A stretch of DNA of 64,000 nt from NCBI GenBank assembly GCA_050173015.1, contig JBFXLE010000006.1:96001-160000 (forward strand), given 5' to 3'. A model generated the notes under the pieces. It was not told where the DNA came from, made no database searches, and saw nothing but the letters and a program-made list of their open reading frames with translations. Origin of the DNA: Calditrichaceae bacterium (GTDB taxonomy: Bacteria > Calditrichota > Calditrichia > Calditrichales > JBFXGD01). Position 1 is the first letter of the stretch, and each line of letters starts with the position of its first letter. The position numbers were made by a program, and so were the translations under genes. This document shows positions 1-8,296 of this stretch, one piece after another.

Positions 1-369
1 ATCGTTTATCCGGTCAAGATAGATAATGACAGAATCATCGGGCGGATTTTCCCGGAAATTTAACCGCGGAATTCGCGCTACAAGCGCTATACCTTGCGGG
101 GACTGTTCATCGGTGATCCTGTTAAAATCATTTCCCCCCGCCATGAATACTGGAATATTTGATTCATATATTTTTTTTAGTTCCGGGTGCGCGGCCGGAT
201 CAATTCGGCTTTCATCGAGAATAATTTGTCGCGCTGACAAAAAACCGCTTTCAAGCGCGCTGCTGACCGCGCGGATACCGGAAATCAGATAAGACCCGGT
301 CAAATCTCTGTATTTTTTTTGCTTCAGTTTCGCGAGCTCGCGAAACTGATTTTTTGAAATAGTATTCAT
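1..369 (-). CDS. TrmH/SpoU family RNA methyltransferase, 5' part (runs off window edge)
   Basis: Not in ORF track. Manual translation from ATG at 369 is open to base 1: MNTISKNQFRELAKLKQKKYRDLTGSYLISG...RITDEQSPQGIALV...VIIYLDRIND, matching the TrmH N-domain (SPQGI) and the start of the LDxxxDPGN motif. Confidence 0.85.
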   Translation of the reverse strand, partial: MNTISKNQFRELAKLKQKKYRDLTGSYLISGIRAVSSALESGFLSARQIILDESRIDPAAHPELKKIYESNIPVFMAGGNDFNRITDEQSPQGIALVARIPRLNFRENPPDDSVIIYLDRIND

Positions 370-374
370 TGAAA

Positions 375-2168
375 CTAGTCTCCGCTTTCAGTCAGCATCA
401 GATTTTCTTTCGCGTATCGTTTCAATATAGCGTCCTTGGTCACCACACCCAGATAAAGCATGTTCTCCGCTGATTCAATGACCGGAAGCAGTTCATTGTC
501 ATCAATCTCTAGTTTTCTCAAAGCGTCAGCCATAGTATCTTCAGGTTTCAGAACAAAAATGGTCGCGCTCATTACATCCGTTGCAAGCAAAAGTGGGGCC
601 ACATCCCGGTCAAAAAGGACAGGCCGGATATCACGAAGGGTTATGATACCTGTTACTTTGTTGCTTTTGTCAACCACCGGAAAAGCCGAATAATGAGAAC
701 TCATAAGCGTGTCAAGTATCTTCTCGAAGCTTGTGTTTTCATGGACGACAGGGGCGTCACGGATGATCAGTCCGCGTATTTTTGTGTTCCGAAGCAGATC
801 CAGATTCCGGCCCCCTGAAATCCGGTTGGAAAACAGGGATATTTTCATTGTATAAATGGATTCAGGTTCCAGCCATCTCGCGATAAGCGTAGCCGCCACC
901 GTACCAAGCATCAACGGCAAGATGATCTGATAACTCGCCGTCACCTCAAATATAATCAAAAAAGCGGATAAAGGCGCGTGGATAGTACCGGCCACAATGA
1001 CGCCCATCCCCACCAGAGCGTACGCGCCGGGCGGAGCGGTTATTTCCGGGAAAAAATAACCGGCAATTTCACCAAACAGCGCCCCGTACATCGCGCCGAT
1101 AAAGAGGGATGGTGTAAACAGCCCTCCTGTTCCCCCTGAACCAAGCGTAAAAGAAGTGGCCAGTATTTTTGCCAGCATGAGAATCAGCAGCAGGTACATC
1201 TCAGGATAACCGGTCAGCGCGGTATAGGTGGCGGAATCGTCAAAACCGTATAGTTCCGGCAGTTTAAATGCCAGTAATCCCGCGAAGAGTCCGCCTATAG
1301 CCGGTTTGAGATATTCAGGTGTTTTTAGTTTTTGTTCAAATACATCTTCAACCTTGTACAGCGTTTTTATAAATAAGACCGCTACGACGCCACCAAGCAG
1401 GCCCATCAGAAGATAGAGCGGATATTCCGCCACGCTGTTTAACGAATATGACGGAATCGAAAAAACGGGACTTGAATCGATAAAATGTCTGGAAATTGCC
1501 GTAGCTATCACCGAAGATATCACAATCGGGGTAAAAGCCATCAGACTGAAATCAGCCAGAATAATTTCGACGGTAAATACCACTCCCGCGATAGGGGCAT
1601 TGAACACAGCGGCCAGTCCCGCCGCGGCGCCGCAACCCACAAGTATTTTAAGTCTCTGTTGTGAAACATGGAAGTACTGACCGATCGCCGAGCCGATGGC
1701 GGCGCCGATTTGCACTATCGGTCCTTCTTTTCCGGCCGAACCACCCGAGCCGATCGTGGTTCCGGAGTTGATGGAAGTGAGTATGGACACCCTTCTGCGG
1801 ATCATGCCGCCCTTATTGGCAACCGACTCCATGACACCGGGAATGCCGTGGCCCTTAACTTCCGGCGAGAAATAATAAGTGAGTAAACCCACAGCGAGGC
1901 CGCCAATGGCCGGAAAGATAATCCTCAGGTAATCAGATAACACATCCGGAAAAATACTGAAACCGGCCTGTTCAAAAAGAATGTGATGCACACCGTCAAC
2001 GATGATGTTGAGAAGGTACGCGCCGAATCCCGTAAAAATTCCGATCAGACTTGCCAGGAATAACAGGTAGAGGTCGGAAGGAGCATCAATCTTATACAGT
2101 GATCTGATGAATTTAATTTGCCAGACTCTGAATTTTCTGGTCCAGGTCATGATCTTTTGCGCATTCAT
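375..2168 (-). CDS. ClC family chloride channel / Cl-/H+ antiporter with C-terminal CBS pair
   Basis: GHGIP, GKEGP (gating Glu), FNAPIAG and GGLFTP motifs; many TM helices; two CBS domains at C-terminus. Confidence 0.93.
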   Translation of the reverse strand: MNAQKIMTWTRKFRVWQIKFIRSLYKIDAPSDLYLLFLASLIGIFTGFGAYLLNIIVDGVHHILFEQAGFSIFPDVLSDYLRIIFPAIGGLAVGLLTYYFSPEVKGHGIPGVMESVANKGGMIRRRVSILTSINSGTTIGSGGSAGKEGPIVQIGAAIGSAIGQYFHVSQQRLKILVGCGAAAGLAAVFNAPIAGVVFTVEIILADFSLMAFTPIVISSVIATAISRHFIDSSPVFSIPSYSLNSVAEYPLYLLMGLLGGVVAVLFIKTLYKVEDVFEQKLKTPEYLKPAIGGLFAGLLAFKLPELYGFDDSATYTALTGYPEMYLLLILMLAKILATSFTLGSGGTGGLFTPSLFIGAMYGALFGEIAGYFFPEITAPPGAYALVGMGVIVAGTIHAPLSAFLIIFEVTASYQIILPLMLGTVAATLIARWLEPESIYTMKISLFSNRISGGRNLDLLRNTKIRGLIIRDAPVVHENTSFEKILDTLMSSHYSAFPVVDKSNKVTGIITLRDIRPVLFDRDVAPLLLATDVMSATIFVLKPEDTMADALRKLEIDDNELLPVIESAENMLYLGVVTKDAILKRYAKENLMLTESGD

Positions 2169-2186
2169 CTCAGAATTAACCTAAAT

Positions 2187-3458
2187 TCAGGCATGATCTT
2201 GCCTCTTTTTAAGAAACGGTATGATGTCATCAAATGGCACATTGATTTGATCACCCTTATCCATCAGTTTTACGGAAAAAACCTGTTCCCGCAATTCATT
2301 TTCACCGAGAATCATCACAAAACGCGCTTTTTGGCGGTTGGCTTCACGCATCTGAGCCTTTAAACTTCTGCCCAGATAATCCTGTTCTGTTTTCCAGCCT
2401 CCGGAACGGAATTTTTTTAGCCACTTAAGACCCTCCTGTTGCGCCTCCGCTCCAAGAGTGACAAGAAAGATATCGATCCGGTCATCAGGGGACAATCTTA
2501 TTTTTTGCTTTTCCAACACCATTAAAATACGTTCGATTCCGGATGCAAAGCCCACGGCGGGCGCGGGAATTCCCCCCAGTTCTACAGACAGAAGATCATA
2601 TCTGCCGCCTCCGCAGATGGCATTTTGCGCGCCGAGATCATCGCTGCTGATTTCAAATACGGTACGGGTGTAATAATCTAATCCGCGAACCAGAAAGGGA
2701 TCCAGTTCGAAGCCGATCCCGATAGCGGTTAAACCTGATTTAAGTTTTTCAAAATGATCACTACAGTCATTACAAAGATGTTCGGATAACTTCGGAGCTT
2801 TTTGATTCATAGCGGCACAGGATTCATTTTTACAGTCAAGAATTCTCATTGGATTTTCTTCAAACCGCCGCTGACAGTCCTCGCAGTATTCGCTCAACAG
2901 GGGACGCAGATAATCCTGCAGCTTTTTTCTGTAAGGATCTCTGCAGGTTGGATCACCGACACTGTTAATTTTTAGTTTTAAATTTTTGATGCCCATGCGG
3001 TCATAAACGGTCCAAACGAGATCAATCATTTCAACATCGGCAAACGGTTCCGCGGAGCCAAGCATTTCAGCGCCGAACTGATGAAACTGTCTCAGCCTAC
3101 CGGCCTGCGGATTCTCCTGTCTGAAAAGCGGAGCGATATAGTAAAATTTATTGAGCGGATTTATGGCGTATAGTTTATTTTCCAGAAATGCCCGGATTAT
3201 CGGAGCGGTCATCTCCGGTTTTAGAGTCAGCTGCTTTTTACCACGGTCAAGAAATGTGTACATTTCCTTTGAGACTATATCCGTTAACTGTCCAATCCCT
3301 CTGGCAAAGAGTTCCGTCTGCTCAAAGATCGGAGTCCTGAGCTCCTTATAATTATAAGTCTGCATCACTTCACGAATAACGTTTTCAATCGCGATCCACT
3401 CCGGAGATTCCTCCGGTAATATATCCTGTGTTCCTTTAATCCGTTTGAGCTGCTTCAA
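2187..3458 (-). CDS. hisS: Histidine--tRNA ligase
   Basis: KGTQDILP, RQENPQAGRLRQFHQFGAE, LVRGLDYYTRTVFE, GGGRYD; TTG start. Confidence 0.97.
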   Translation of the reverse strand: MKQLKRIKGTQDILPEESPEWIAIENVIREVMQTYNYKELRTPIFEQTELFARGIGQLTDIVSKEMYTFLDRGKKQLTLKPEMTAPIIRAFLENKLYAINPLNKFYYIAPLFRQENPQAGRLRQFHQFGAEMLGSAEPFADVEMIDLVWTVYDRMGIKNLKLKINSVGDPTCRDPYRKKLQDYLRPLLSEYCEDCQRRFEENPMRILDCKNESCAAMNQKAPKLSEHLCNDCSDHFEKLKSGLTAIGIGFELDPFLVRGLDYYTRTVFEISSDDLGAQNAICGGGRYDLLSVELGGIPAPAVGFASGIERILMVLEKQKIRLSPDDRIDIFLVTLGAEAQQEGLKWLKKFRSGGWKTEQDYLGRSLKAQMREANRQKARFVMILGENELREQVFSVKLMDKGDQINVPFDDIIPFLKKRQDHA

Positions 3459-3542
3459 AATTCGGCCCTTTCTTTTATAAATAACCTTTAATTTACAAAA
3501 TTATGGGTTGAAATAAAAACAAAGTTCGCCGGAAATGAGATG

Positions 3543-5003
3543 CTATTCTTTAAGAAGGGTATAGTGAAGGGTATAACTTTTAGCCTGTTGCAAAAAGCGC
3601 TTGTCATTTATGGGGATATAGCCGTCTTTTCGTATCTCAAATGTGTGAAAACCGGATTTTAGCTGAATGCTCCGGGTCGGGGTGATGTCCCAGGGATGCC
3701 CGTCGATGGTTAGATCTGCATTATCTGGGGTACTTACAATACTTACCGTGGGAACGATGGTGCTTTTTTGGGTATCTATTTTGATTTTTGATGTGTCATT
3801 AGCGGTAACGGGAATTCTCGCTATAAATGTACTATTGTTGATCGTATCCGTAATTTCCAGATCGTGGTAGCCGGCAAGCACGGGGCCGATTACCGGGGCT
3901 GAATCACCGGAATTATTATACTTATTCTTATCCAGACGTATTTCAAGGTTGTTTTGTAAACCTACCAGCTTGATATACCCCAGTTCGTTCATATAAAACT
4001 GATAGTAGAACTGCGCCATCAGGTACAGGACCGTGGTGATGATAAAATAGCGCAAGGCGCTCCAGATTTTACTATGCGATCTGGCAAGCATGGCGAATTT
4101 GACAGTATCGTCAGTTGAAGGCGGTTCATTTTTGTTTAACTGATTCAAGAATCGGCCGAGCAGTTCTTTTTTATGACTTCTTTTTTGCCACGGAATAAAT
4201 CTTTCCAGATCATGAATAAGTTCCGCCGCCGATTTATACCGTTTTTTGCGATTTGTCCTCAATGATTTTTTTATTATCCGACGCAGGCGGATGGGTACGG
4301 CAGGATTTATACGTTCCGGTGGAGTATATTTACTTCTGACGATTTTAGCCAGAATCTCTGTGTTGTTTTCACCGTGAAAAGGTTTCACGCCTGTCAGCAT
4401 CTCATACAGCAATATACCAAGAGAGTAAATGTCACTCTGAGCGTTCAGCGGTTCCCCGTTAGCCTGTTCCGGAGACATATACGCGGGTGTGCCCACAATA
4501 AGTCCGGTCATTGTCAGGCGGGTCGCGGTGTCGTCTTTTGCGACGCCGAAATCTATAATCTTGATGCTACCGTCGTAGGAGATCAGTATATTACTGGGTT
4601 TGATATCTCTGTGAATAATATTTTGGGAATGTGTGTACTGAAGTCCCCGGGCGATCTCATAGCTGATGAGGGCGGCAACCTGTACCGGCAAAGGAGACAT
4701 ATAATCGATAATCGTTCTCAGATCCTCGCCGTCAACGTGTTCCATAATCAGATAATACGATTTTCCGCTATTCATAAAGTCATAGATAGCAATTAGATTT
4801 TCATGATTGAAGGAGGCGCTGAGGAGGGCTTCTTTTTTAAATCGGGCAATTATTTCACGGTTGGGATCTTTTAATTTTTTAACGACAACGTTTCTTTTTA
4901 GCGCGGGTTGAATGGCTTTGTAAATTTCCGCCATTCCGCCCTCACCGATTTTATTCAGAATTTTATAGTTTCCAACATGGTCATCTGTGCTTAAACGGCT
5001 CAT
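3543..5003 (-). CDS. Membrane Hanks-type Ser/Thr protein kinase with C-terminal PEGA domain
   Basis: IGEGGMAEIY, HRDIKPSN, DFG, GTPAYMSPEQ; one TM segment; C-terminal STPDNADLTIDG...TP...GFHTFEIRKDGY (PEGA). Confidence 0.92.
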   Translation of the reverse strand: MSRLSTDDHVGNYKILNKIGEGGMAEIYKAIQPALKRNVVVKKLKDPNREIIARFKKEALLSASFNHENLIAIYDFMNSGKSYYLIMEHVDGEDLRTIIDYMSPLPVQVAALISYEIARGLQYTHSQNIIHRDIKPSNILISYDGSIKIIDFGVAKDDTATRLTMTGLIVGTPAYMSPEQANGEPLNAQSDIYSLGILLYEMLTGVKPFHGENNTEILAKIVRSKYTPPERINPAVPIRLRRIIKKSLRTNRKKRYKSAAELIHDLERFIPWQKRSHKKELLGRFLNQLNKNEPPSTDDTVKFAMLARSHSKIWSALRYFIITTVLYLMAQFYYQFYMNELGYIKLVGLQNNLEIRLDKNKYNNSGDSAPVIGPVLAGYHDLEITDTINNSTFIARIPVTANDTSKIKIDTQKSTIVPTVSIVSTPDNADLTIDGHPWDITPTRSIQLKSGFHTFEIRKDGYIPINDKRFLQQAKSYTLHYTLLKE

Positions 5004-5033
5004 TAAAGCAATTCGTAAGTATTACATATATGA

Positions 5034-5366
5034 TTATTCTAATTTAAGACCTTTGACAAAATCAACAGGAATAGAAACAAAGATACCGTTTCCCGATATA
5101 TCAAGGTTTCCGACAGTTTGCTCAATGGCCCTGATCATGGGGTGAACCTTGTTTTCAGGAACAACCGTGAGAATGGTTTTATTTCCCGGACGGCTGTCCT
5201 GAAGCAGGTTTCGAAATCCCGCGAAAATGGGGATATCATGGGCCAGTATTCTTCCCATCCCAATACTATCCAAAATAGTGGCGCCGGTAATTCCAAGCTC
5301 AAGAAAGGCTTCCATTACTTCCACCAGTTGTTCTTCTTTGTTGAGGATAAAGAGGACGAGTTTCAG
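5034..5366 (-). CDS. PII-like (GlnB-fold) small protein; probable CTG start at 5366 (track starts at GTG 5324)
   Basis: GITGATILDSIGMG and GNGIFVSIPV are PII-like. The in-frame upstream extension (CTG)KLVLFILNKEEQL supplies the expected first beta-strand. Confidence 0.7.
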   Translation of the reverse strand: MKLVLFILNKEEQLVEVMEAFLELGITGATILDSIGMGRILAHDIPIFAGFRNLLQDSRPGNKTILTVVPENKVHPMIRAIEQTVGNLDISGNGIFVSIPVDFVKGLKLE

Positions 5367-5373
5367 ACCGGGC

Positions 5374-5841
5374 TCAGTCGATGTCGAAGAAATAATTCTC
5401 CTCCTCTTTGATCAGTTCCATTGCCGCATCGGGAGTTTTGCAGTCCAGCAGCTGATCACGTAATTCTTCATTGCTCATTAAACGGGAAATTCGGCTGAGC
5501 AGTTTAATATGTAAACCGGGATTGTTTTCGGGACCGACGAGCAGAAAAATAATCTTCACTTTTTTCTTGTCGATAGATTCAAAGTCAACACCCTTGCGGA
5601 AGATGCCCATGGCTACAGCGAAATTGGGGCATGAACTATGCTTGCAGTGCGGGATGGCAATCCCGTTGCCAACACCGGTTGTCATTATTTTTTCACGTTC
5701 AAGAACTGCTTCATAGGCCTTATCGACATCACTGATCTGGTCGCCGACAAGAGTGATTAACTCTTTGATAGATTCGTTTCTTGTTCCTGATTTGAGTGGA
5801 ATCTGAATATATTTATCCAGTAAAATATCCGTTAATCGCAT
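5374..5841 (-). CDS. PTS EIIA component (Ntr/fructose-mannitol type), stand-alone
   Basis: LEREKIMTTGVGNGIAIPHC phospho-His motif, GVDFESID, HIKLLSRIS; SD GGAGG upstream. Confidence 0.92.
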   Translation of the reverse strand: MRLTDILLDKYIQIPLKSGTRNESIKELITLVGDQISDVDKAYEAVLEREKIMTTGVGNGIAIPHCKHSSCPNFAVAMGIFRKGVDFESIDKKKVKIIFLLVGPENNPGLHIKLLSRISRLMSNEELRDQLLDCKTPDAAMELIKEEENYFFDID

Positions 5842-5912
5842 TGGTCCTCCATAGACTTATTTTAATAAATTTAATTAATTATCTAAAAGATACCAATAGT
5901 TTTATTAATTGT

Positions 5913-5941
5913 TTGACATAAAAAATTGATTTAGGTAAATT
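5913..5941 (+). promoter_or_regulatory. Sigma70-type promoter for the + strand EIIA operon
   Basis: TTGACA (5913-5918), 17-nt spacer, TAAATT (5936-5941); SD GGGAGG before ATG 5965. Confidence 0.6.
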
Positions 5942-5964
5942 TTAAGCTACATCAGGGAGGTTAT

Positions 5965-6417
5965 ATGAATTTAAGCGAATATTTGCCGGCAAATCACATT
6001 AAGGCAAAATTGGAAGGCGAGACAAAATTTCAGATTATTGAAGAACTGCTGGATGTTCTTGTAAGCAGTAAAAAAATTGTAAATAAGGAAGCGGCTCTTC
6101 AGGATGTGCTTGCGAGAGAAGGTTATCTCAGCACAGGGCTCGAAAACGGTCTGGCCATTCCTCACGCGAAAACAGACGGAGTTGATAAACTCGTAGTGGC
6201 GTTTGGTCTGAAAAAAGGCGGGGTTGATTTTGAATCATTGGACGGCAAACCCGCGAATTTGATTTTTTTGGTTCTCTCTCCAAGGGATACATCAGGGCCT
6301 CATATCCAGGCGTTGGCGAACATCTCACGCACGTTAAAAGAACGTACGATTCGGGACGCTATCCTGAATGCCGAAACCTCCGAAGAGATTGGTGATTTAT
6401 TTAAAGCTGAATTTTAA
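5965..6417 (+). CDS. PTS EIIA component (Ntr/fructose-mannitol type), second paralogue
   Basis: LAREGYLSTGLENGLAIPHA, GVDFESLDGKP, HIQALANIS. Confidence 0.92.
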   Translation: MNLSEYLPANHIKAKLEGETKFQIIEELLDVLVSSKKIVNKEAALQDVLAREGYLSTGLENGLAIPHAKTDGVDKLVVAFGLKKGGVDFESLDGKPANLIFLVLSPRDTSGPHIQALANISRTLKERTIRDAILNAETSEEIGDLFKAEF

Positions 6418-6443
6418 TCCACACACCGTGTCTGGAATTACGC

Positions 6444-7385
6444 ATGGATATAGAAAAGAAATTTAAGCCTTATCTTCGTTTGATCGATGATGAGCTCAGT
6501 CAGATTCACGGTAATGAACGTGTCACGCAATTCTATGAACCGATCCGATATGTGCTGGGGCTCAGGAGCAAAAAGATCAGGCCGCTTCTGGTTATGCTGT
6601 CGGCAGGCGCTGTCGGAGGGAATATTAAAGATGCCAGATTCCCGGCGGCGGCAGTCGAACTGCTCCATGACTTTACACTGGTCCATGACGATATCATGGA
6701 TAATGACAATACCAGAAGGGGACTGCCCACCGTTCATGTCAAATGGGATATAAATACGGCGATATTGGCTGGTGACGGACTGGTAGGATTTGCGTTTCAA
6801 AAATTATTAAAAACCCCGTCAGGGCCTATCCGGGAAATGGCGAGCCGTTTTACCGACGCGATGATTGTGATCTGTGAAGGGCAGGGTCTGGATAAAATGT
6901 TTGAAGATCAGGCCTACATTACCGTTGACGACTATAATGACATGATAGCGAGAAAAACCGCCGCGCTGATTGAATTGTCCTGTGAGCTTGGAGCCATGGC
7001 AGGTAACGGCAGCGAATCAGATGTCCGGCATCTCAGAGAATTTGGTTTTGCCCTTGGAATGGGCTTTCAGATCCAGGATGATTTGTTGGATATTATGGCG
7101 GATGAAAATTTGCTTGGAAAGAAAGTCGGCAGTGATTTTGCCATGCATAAACAGACCATTCTTACATTAAAGCTGCAGGAAAGAATCGGGCGGGAAAAAT
7201 TCAACCATCTGAAACTTGAAGACTACAGGAGCGCGCTTAGCGAATCGCGGGTTCTTGACGAAGTAACGAGTATTTATGAAGAATATTTCAAGACCGCTTA
7301 TAGTCGATTAAAAAATCTGCCTCAGAATGATGAAACCAGTTTGCTTTATCAATTAACAGACTATATTAAAAATCGCTCATGGTAA
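6444..7385 (+). CDS. Polyprenyl diphosphate synthase (GGPP/FPP synthase family)
   Basis: KKIRP, LVHDDIMDNDNTRRG (FARM), GQGLD, FQIQDDLLD (SARM). Confidence 0.93.
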   Translation: MDIEKKFKPYLRLIDDELSQIHGNERVTQFYEPIRYVLGLRSKKIRPLLVMLSAGAVGGNIKDARFPAAAVELLHDFTLVHDDIMDNDNTRRGLPTVHVKWDINTAILAGDGLVGFAFQKLLKTPSGPIREMASRFTDAMIVICEGQGLDKMFEDQAYITVDDYNDMIARKTAALIELSCELGAMAGNGSESDVRHLREFGFALGMGFQIQDDLLDIMADENLLGKKVGSDFAMHKQTILTLKLQERIGREKFNHLKLEDYRSALSESRVLDEVTSIYEEYFKTAYSRLKNLPQNDETSLLYQLTDYIKNRSW

Positions 7386-7867
7386 AATATATTTTTGCCG
7401 TAGTTATTCTTATTTCACTGAATGCGTGTGTCTCGACGTCCGGGATGTCTCGTAACCGTATCACCGCAGACAGAAATGATCCAGTGAGGCAGCGTCTGCT
7501 GGATGTTTCCGCGGATTGGATCTCCGTTCCTTATGGATACGGCGGGACAGACAGAAACGGCGTGGACTGCTCCGGATTGGTTAAGCAAATATTTGATGAA
7601 GCATTTCAGCTGGATTTACCCCGAACCACCGATGAACTTTACGCTAGCGGACAATTTGTGCGTGATCCGTGGATCATGCCCGGTGATCTTCTGTTTTTTA
7701 AGAACATACGGGGCAGGGGAGTGGATCATGTCGGGATTTATCTTGGTGATGGTGAATTTCTTCACGCGTCGAGTCAACAGGGTGTCATCATATCTGATTT
7801 CAATACACCATACTATAAACAACATTATTCCGGCGCCCGCCGTTATTTGTCTTCCCCGAGTAAATGA
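7379..7867 (+). CDS. NlpC/P60 (C40) lipoprotein endopeptidase
   Basis: Lipobox LNAC; PYGYGG, GVDCSG, HVGIYLGDGEFLHAS. Confidence 0.92.
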   Translation: MVKYIFAVVILISLNACVSTSGMSRNRITADRNDPVRQRLLDVSADWISVPYGYGGTDRNGVDCSGLVKQIFDEAFQLDLPRTTDELYASGQFVRDPWIMPGDLLFFKNIRGRGVDHVGIYLGDGEFLHASSQQGVIISDFNTPYYKQHYSGARRYLSSPSK

Positions 7868-8208
7868 TTTATAAGCGTCTCGATCGACTGCCGGACCGAA
7901 GCGGGCATTAAGGCGATCTTTTTCGCGAGAGCTAAATCGGCATCATAATACAAAGAATTGTCCCTGACTTTTCCGCTTTTACTTTCATTAGAATAGAGAT
8001 AACTTTTCTCGCCGGTTAGTATCCATTCCACCGTGGTCTGCCCCATTTTTGCGATTTCCAGAAGGATTTGCGGAGGGGGAATGCGGTTTTTTAAATATTT
8101 GCTGACGGCCGGCTGACTTATGCCGAGTTCCTCGGCCAACTGCTCCTGATTATATCCTCTTTGTCTTCTGATAAGATCAACGCGTCGCGCGATTTCTGTC
8201 TGATTCAT
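7843..8208 (-). CDS. XRE/Cro-CI family HTH transcriptional regulator
   Basis: QEQLAEELGISQPAVSKYLKNRIP HTH; TVEWILTG. Confidence 0.88.
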   Translation of the reverse strand: MNQTEIARRVDLIRRQRGYNQEQLAEELGISQPAVSKYLKNRIPPPQILLEIAKMGQTTVEWILTGEKSYLYSNESKSGKVRDNSLYYDADLALAKKIALMPASVRQSIETLINHLLGEDK

Positions 8209-8296
8209 AATAATTATTGGAATTTTTTATAATGGTTGTTATATTGTGATTGTTATAATAAAATTACATTTGGAATATATATAAAAATCTAACAAC

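Noticed and set aside
7843-8208. XRE gene as a prophage repressor remnant
   Set aside because: No integrase, att repeats or phage genes nearby, and no S24 peptidase domain.
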